This document shows, piece by piece, positions 62,723 to 64,000 of a stretch of 64,000 nucleotides of DNA; position 1 is the stretch's first letter; every line of letters begins with the position of its first letter. The position numbers and the translations under genes are program-made. The DNA comes from Gammaproteobacteria bacterium (GTDB taxonomy: Bacteria > Pseudomonadota > Gammaproteobacteria > Eutrophobiales > Eutrophobiaceae): NCBI GenBank assembly GCA_012103475.1, contig WLWS01000002.1:618081-682080 (forward strand), given 5' to 3'. The notes below the pieces were generated by a model. The model saw only the letters and a list, made by a program, of their open reading frames with translations. It had not been told where the DNA came from and ran no database searches.

Positions 62723-64000
62723 ATGTTGCCTGTCTCTCTATCCTTTGAAAACATCTCAAAGGCCTACGCCTCCCCCGTACTCAGAAGTATTAATATAGAG
62801 TTCAAAGCCGGCAAAGTGCATGCGCTGATGGGTGCTAACGGTGCCGGTAAATCGACTCTCTGCAAAATTATTTCCGGTCTGGCTGCTGTCGACAAGGGCA
62901 GCATGCTGTATCAGGGACAGCTCTATGCGCCGACATCGATTCGGGACGCTGAATCGGCGGGTATACAAATCATGATGCAGGAATTGAACCTGCTTGATGA
63001 TCTGAGTGTCGCTGAAAATATTTATCTGGGCCAACTTCCCTGTCGTTATGGCTTTGTGGATTACAGGCAAATTGAGCGGGAATCGACAAAGCTGCTAAAC
63101 AAATTGGGTATCAGCGATATTGATCCACGACGTAAAACTGCAAGTCTGGGTATCGGTCACAAACAGCTGATCGAACTGGCCAGGACTCTTGTCAGGCCAT
63201 GTAAGGTTCTGATACTCGACGAACCCACCGCCGCTCTCAGTGCTGCACAGTCAAACATCCTGTTCGAAGAAATTGAGCGACTGAAACAGACAGGTGTCGC
63301 CATTATTTATGTTAGTCATCGGATGGATGAAATAGAGCGAATCGCCGATTGCATCAGTGTTCTCAGAGACGGTAATGTGACGGCAAGTGAAGAATCAGGA
63401 GTTCTGACTCAGGAGGAAATAATTCGCTCTATGACTGGTAAAACGATCAGTACTGACAGGCGTTTCAATAAACGGCAAAGAAGTAAAATCGCCGTGCGTC
63501 TGGAAAATTTGTCTGCCGGAGATTTCCTGCAGGATATAAACCTGGATATTTATCATGGCGAAATCCTCGGTATAAGCGGTTTAATGGGCTCCGGCAGGAC
63601 GGAACTCCTGAGATGTATTTACGGTGCCGATCCGCATAGCAAGGGCCACGTCGAATTGACAAAGACATCTAAAGATTCACCAGGCCATTCGCCGCAAAGC
63701 TCGGTAAAAAATGGTCTTGGTTTTATTTCCGAAGACCGTAAAAAACTGGGTTTGCTGCTCGAGCATTCCGTGCAAACCAATATGAGTCTGGCCAATCTCC
63801 TGAGTTATAGTGCCCATTCAGGCTGGCTGAACAAAAGCCGTGAAGCTGCTGACGTCGACAGATTGATTGAGCAATTAGCCATTGATTGTTCCGGTTGCGA
63901 TCAAACGATAAAAGAGCTGAGTGGAGGAAATCAACAGAAAATCCTGATTGCCCGCTGCCTCTTGACTGAATGCGATGTGTTACTCTTCGATGAACCCACA
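62723..64000 (+). CDS. rbsA: Ribose/sugar ABC transporter ATP-binding protein, two-cassette type; runs off the right edge
   Basis: Not in the track because there is no stop. The ATG at 62723 directly follows the rbsB stop. Walker A GANGAGKST, signature LGIGHKQLIEL, Walker B ILILDEPT, then the second cassette (GLMGSGRTE, LSGGNQQK, LLFDEPT). Confidence 0.85.
   Translation, partial: MLPVSLSFENISKAYASPVLRSINIEFKAGKVHALMGANGAGKSTLCKIISGLAAVDKGSMLYQGQLYAPTSIRDAESAGIQIMMQELNLLDDLSVAENIYLGQLPCRYGFVDYRQIERESTKLLNKLGISDIDPRRKTASLGIGHKQLIELARTLVRPCKVLILDEPTAALSAAQSNILFEEIERLKQTGVAIIYVSHRMDEIERIADCISVLRDGNVTASEESGVLTQEEIIRSMTGKTISTDRRFNKRQRSKIAVRLENLSAGDFLQDINLDIYHGEILGISGLMGSGRTELLRCIYGADPHSKGHVELTKTSKDSPGHSPQSSVKNGLGFISEDRKKLGLLLEHSVQTNMSLANLLSYSAHSGWLNKSREAADVDRLIEQLAIDCSGCDQTIKELSGGNQQKILIARCLLTECDVLLFDEPT

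Noticed and set aside
62756-63070. 104-aa minus-strand ORF
   Set aside because: It is antisense to the first ATP-binding cassette of rbsA, where Walker A, the signature motif and Walker B are all read on the plus strand.
1-64000. Search by eye for CRISPR arrays, rRNA/tRNA genes, IS elements, integrases, toxin-antitoxin pairs and known phage-defence genes
   Set aside because: I recognised none. The intergenic regions are short (at most about 240 bp) and contain no cloverleaf-like or repeat-spacer structure. This is a visual assessment only; tRNAscan, Infernal, ISfinder or DefenseFinder-type searches would be needed to exclude them.

Overview
The window reads as a chromosomal segment of a Gram-negative, probably gammaproteobacterial and possibly marine organism. 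That assignment is inferred from gene content: cbb3 oxidase with FNR, lptFG, PEP-CTERM and nitrile hydratase. Coding density is high, with about 65 genes on both strands and many ATGA/TAATG start-stop overlaps. I recognised no rRNA, tRNA, CRISPR array, transposase or integrase.

Left to right, the window contains:
- The 5' end of ccoN, divergent from ccoI-ccoS, with a perfect FNR box between them.
- deaD.
- A cobalt-type nitrile hydratase operon (alpha, beta, accessory).
- An FNR-boxed His-tailed membrane protein, then fnr.
- An acyl-CoA synthetase, and a MerR/LiuR-like regulator divergent from the fused isobutyryl-CoA mutase icmF across a 22-bp perfect palindrome.
- A roughly 14-kb lipid island at 14.4-28.3 kb, described below.
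- A cytochrome c'.
- An aryl-CoA monooxygenase/reductase locus with beta-oxidation-type genes and a LigB-type dioxygenase.
- A run of hydrolases and small secreted or lipoproteins, then cysH.
- A small accessory-looking patch with an SprT-like protease and two gene remnants (a MATE N-terminus and a PEP-CTERM C-terminus).
- A divergent EAL-HDOD / PAS-GAF-GGDEF pair.
- A DUF3604/HupE/rotamase/TroA-like cluster.
- A nucleoside-scavenging locus: ARH-like protein, secreted adenosine deaminase, Tat-exported nucleoside hydrolase, rbsK, rbsB and rbsA. Here rbsB is broken by a perfect 20-bp tandem duplication.

The best candidate for an undescribed system is the lipid island. It combines a sphingoid-base-type operon (fatty acyl-AMP ligase, SDR reductase, ACP, serine-palmitoyltransferase-like enzyme) with a HIT protein, two nucleotidyltransferases and a metallophosphoesterase. 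It also carries an operon encoding a CDP-alcohol phosphatidyltransferase, a DAGK/LCB5-type lipid kinase, a mitochondrial Tam41-like nucleotidyltransferase and an LpxO-type hydroxylase. All of this is wrapped around lptF-lptG.

Every functional call rests on motif and pattern recognition by eye. No database search was run.
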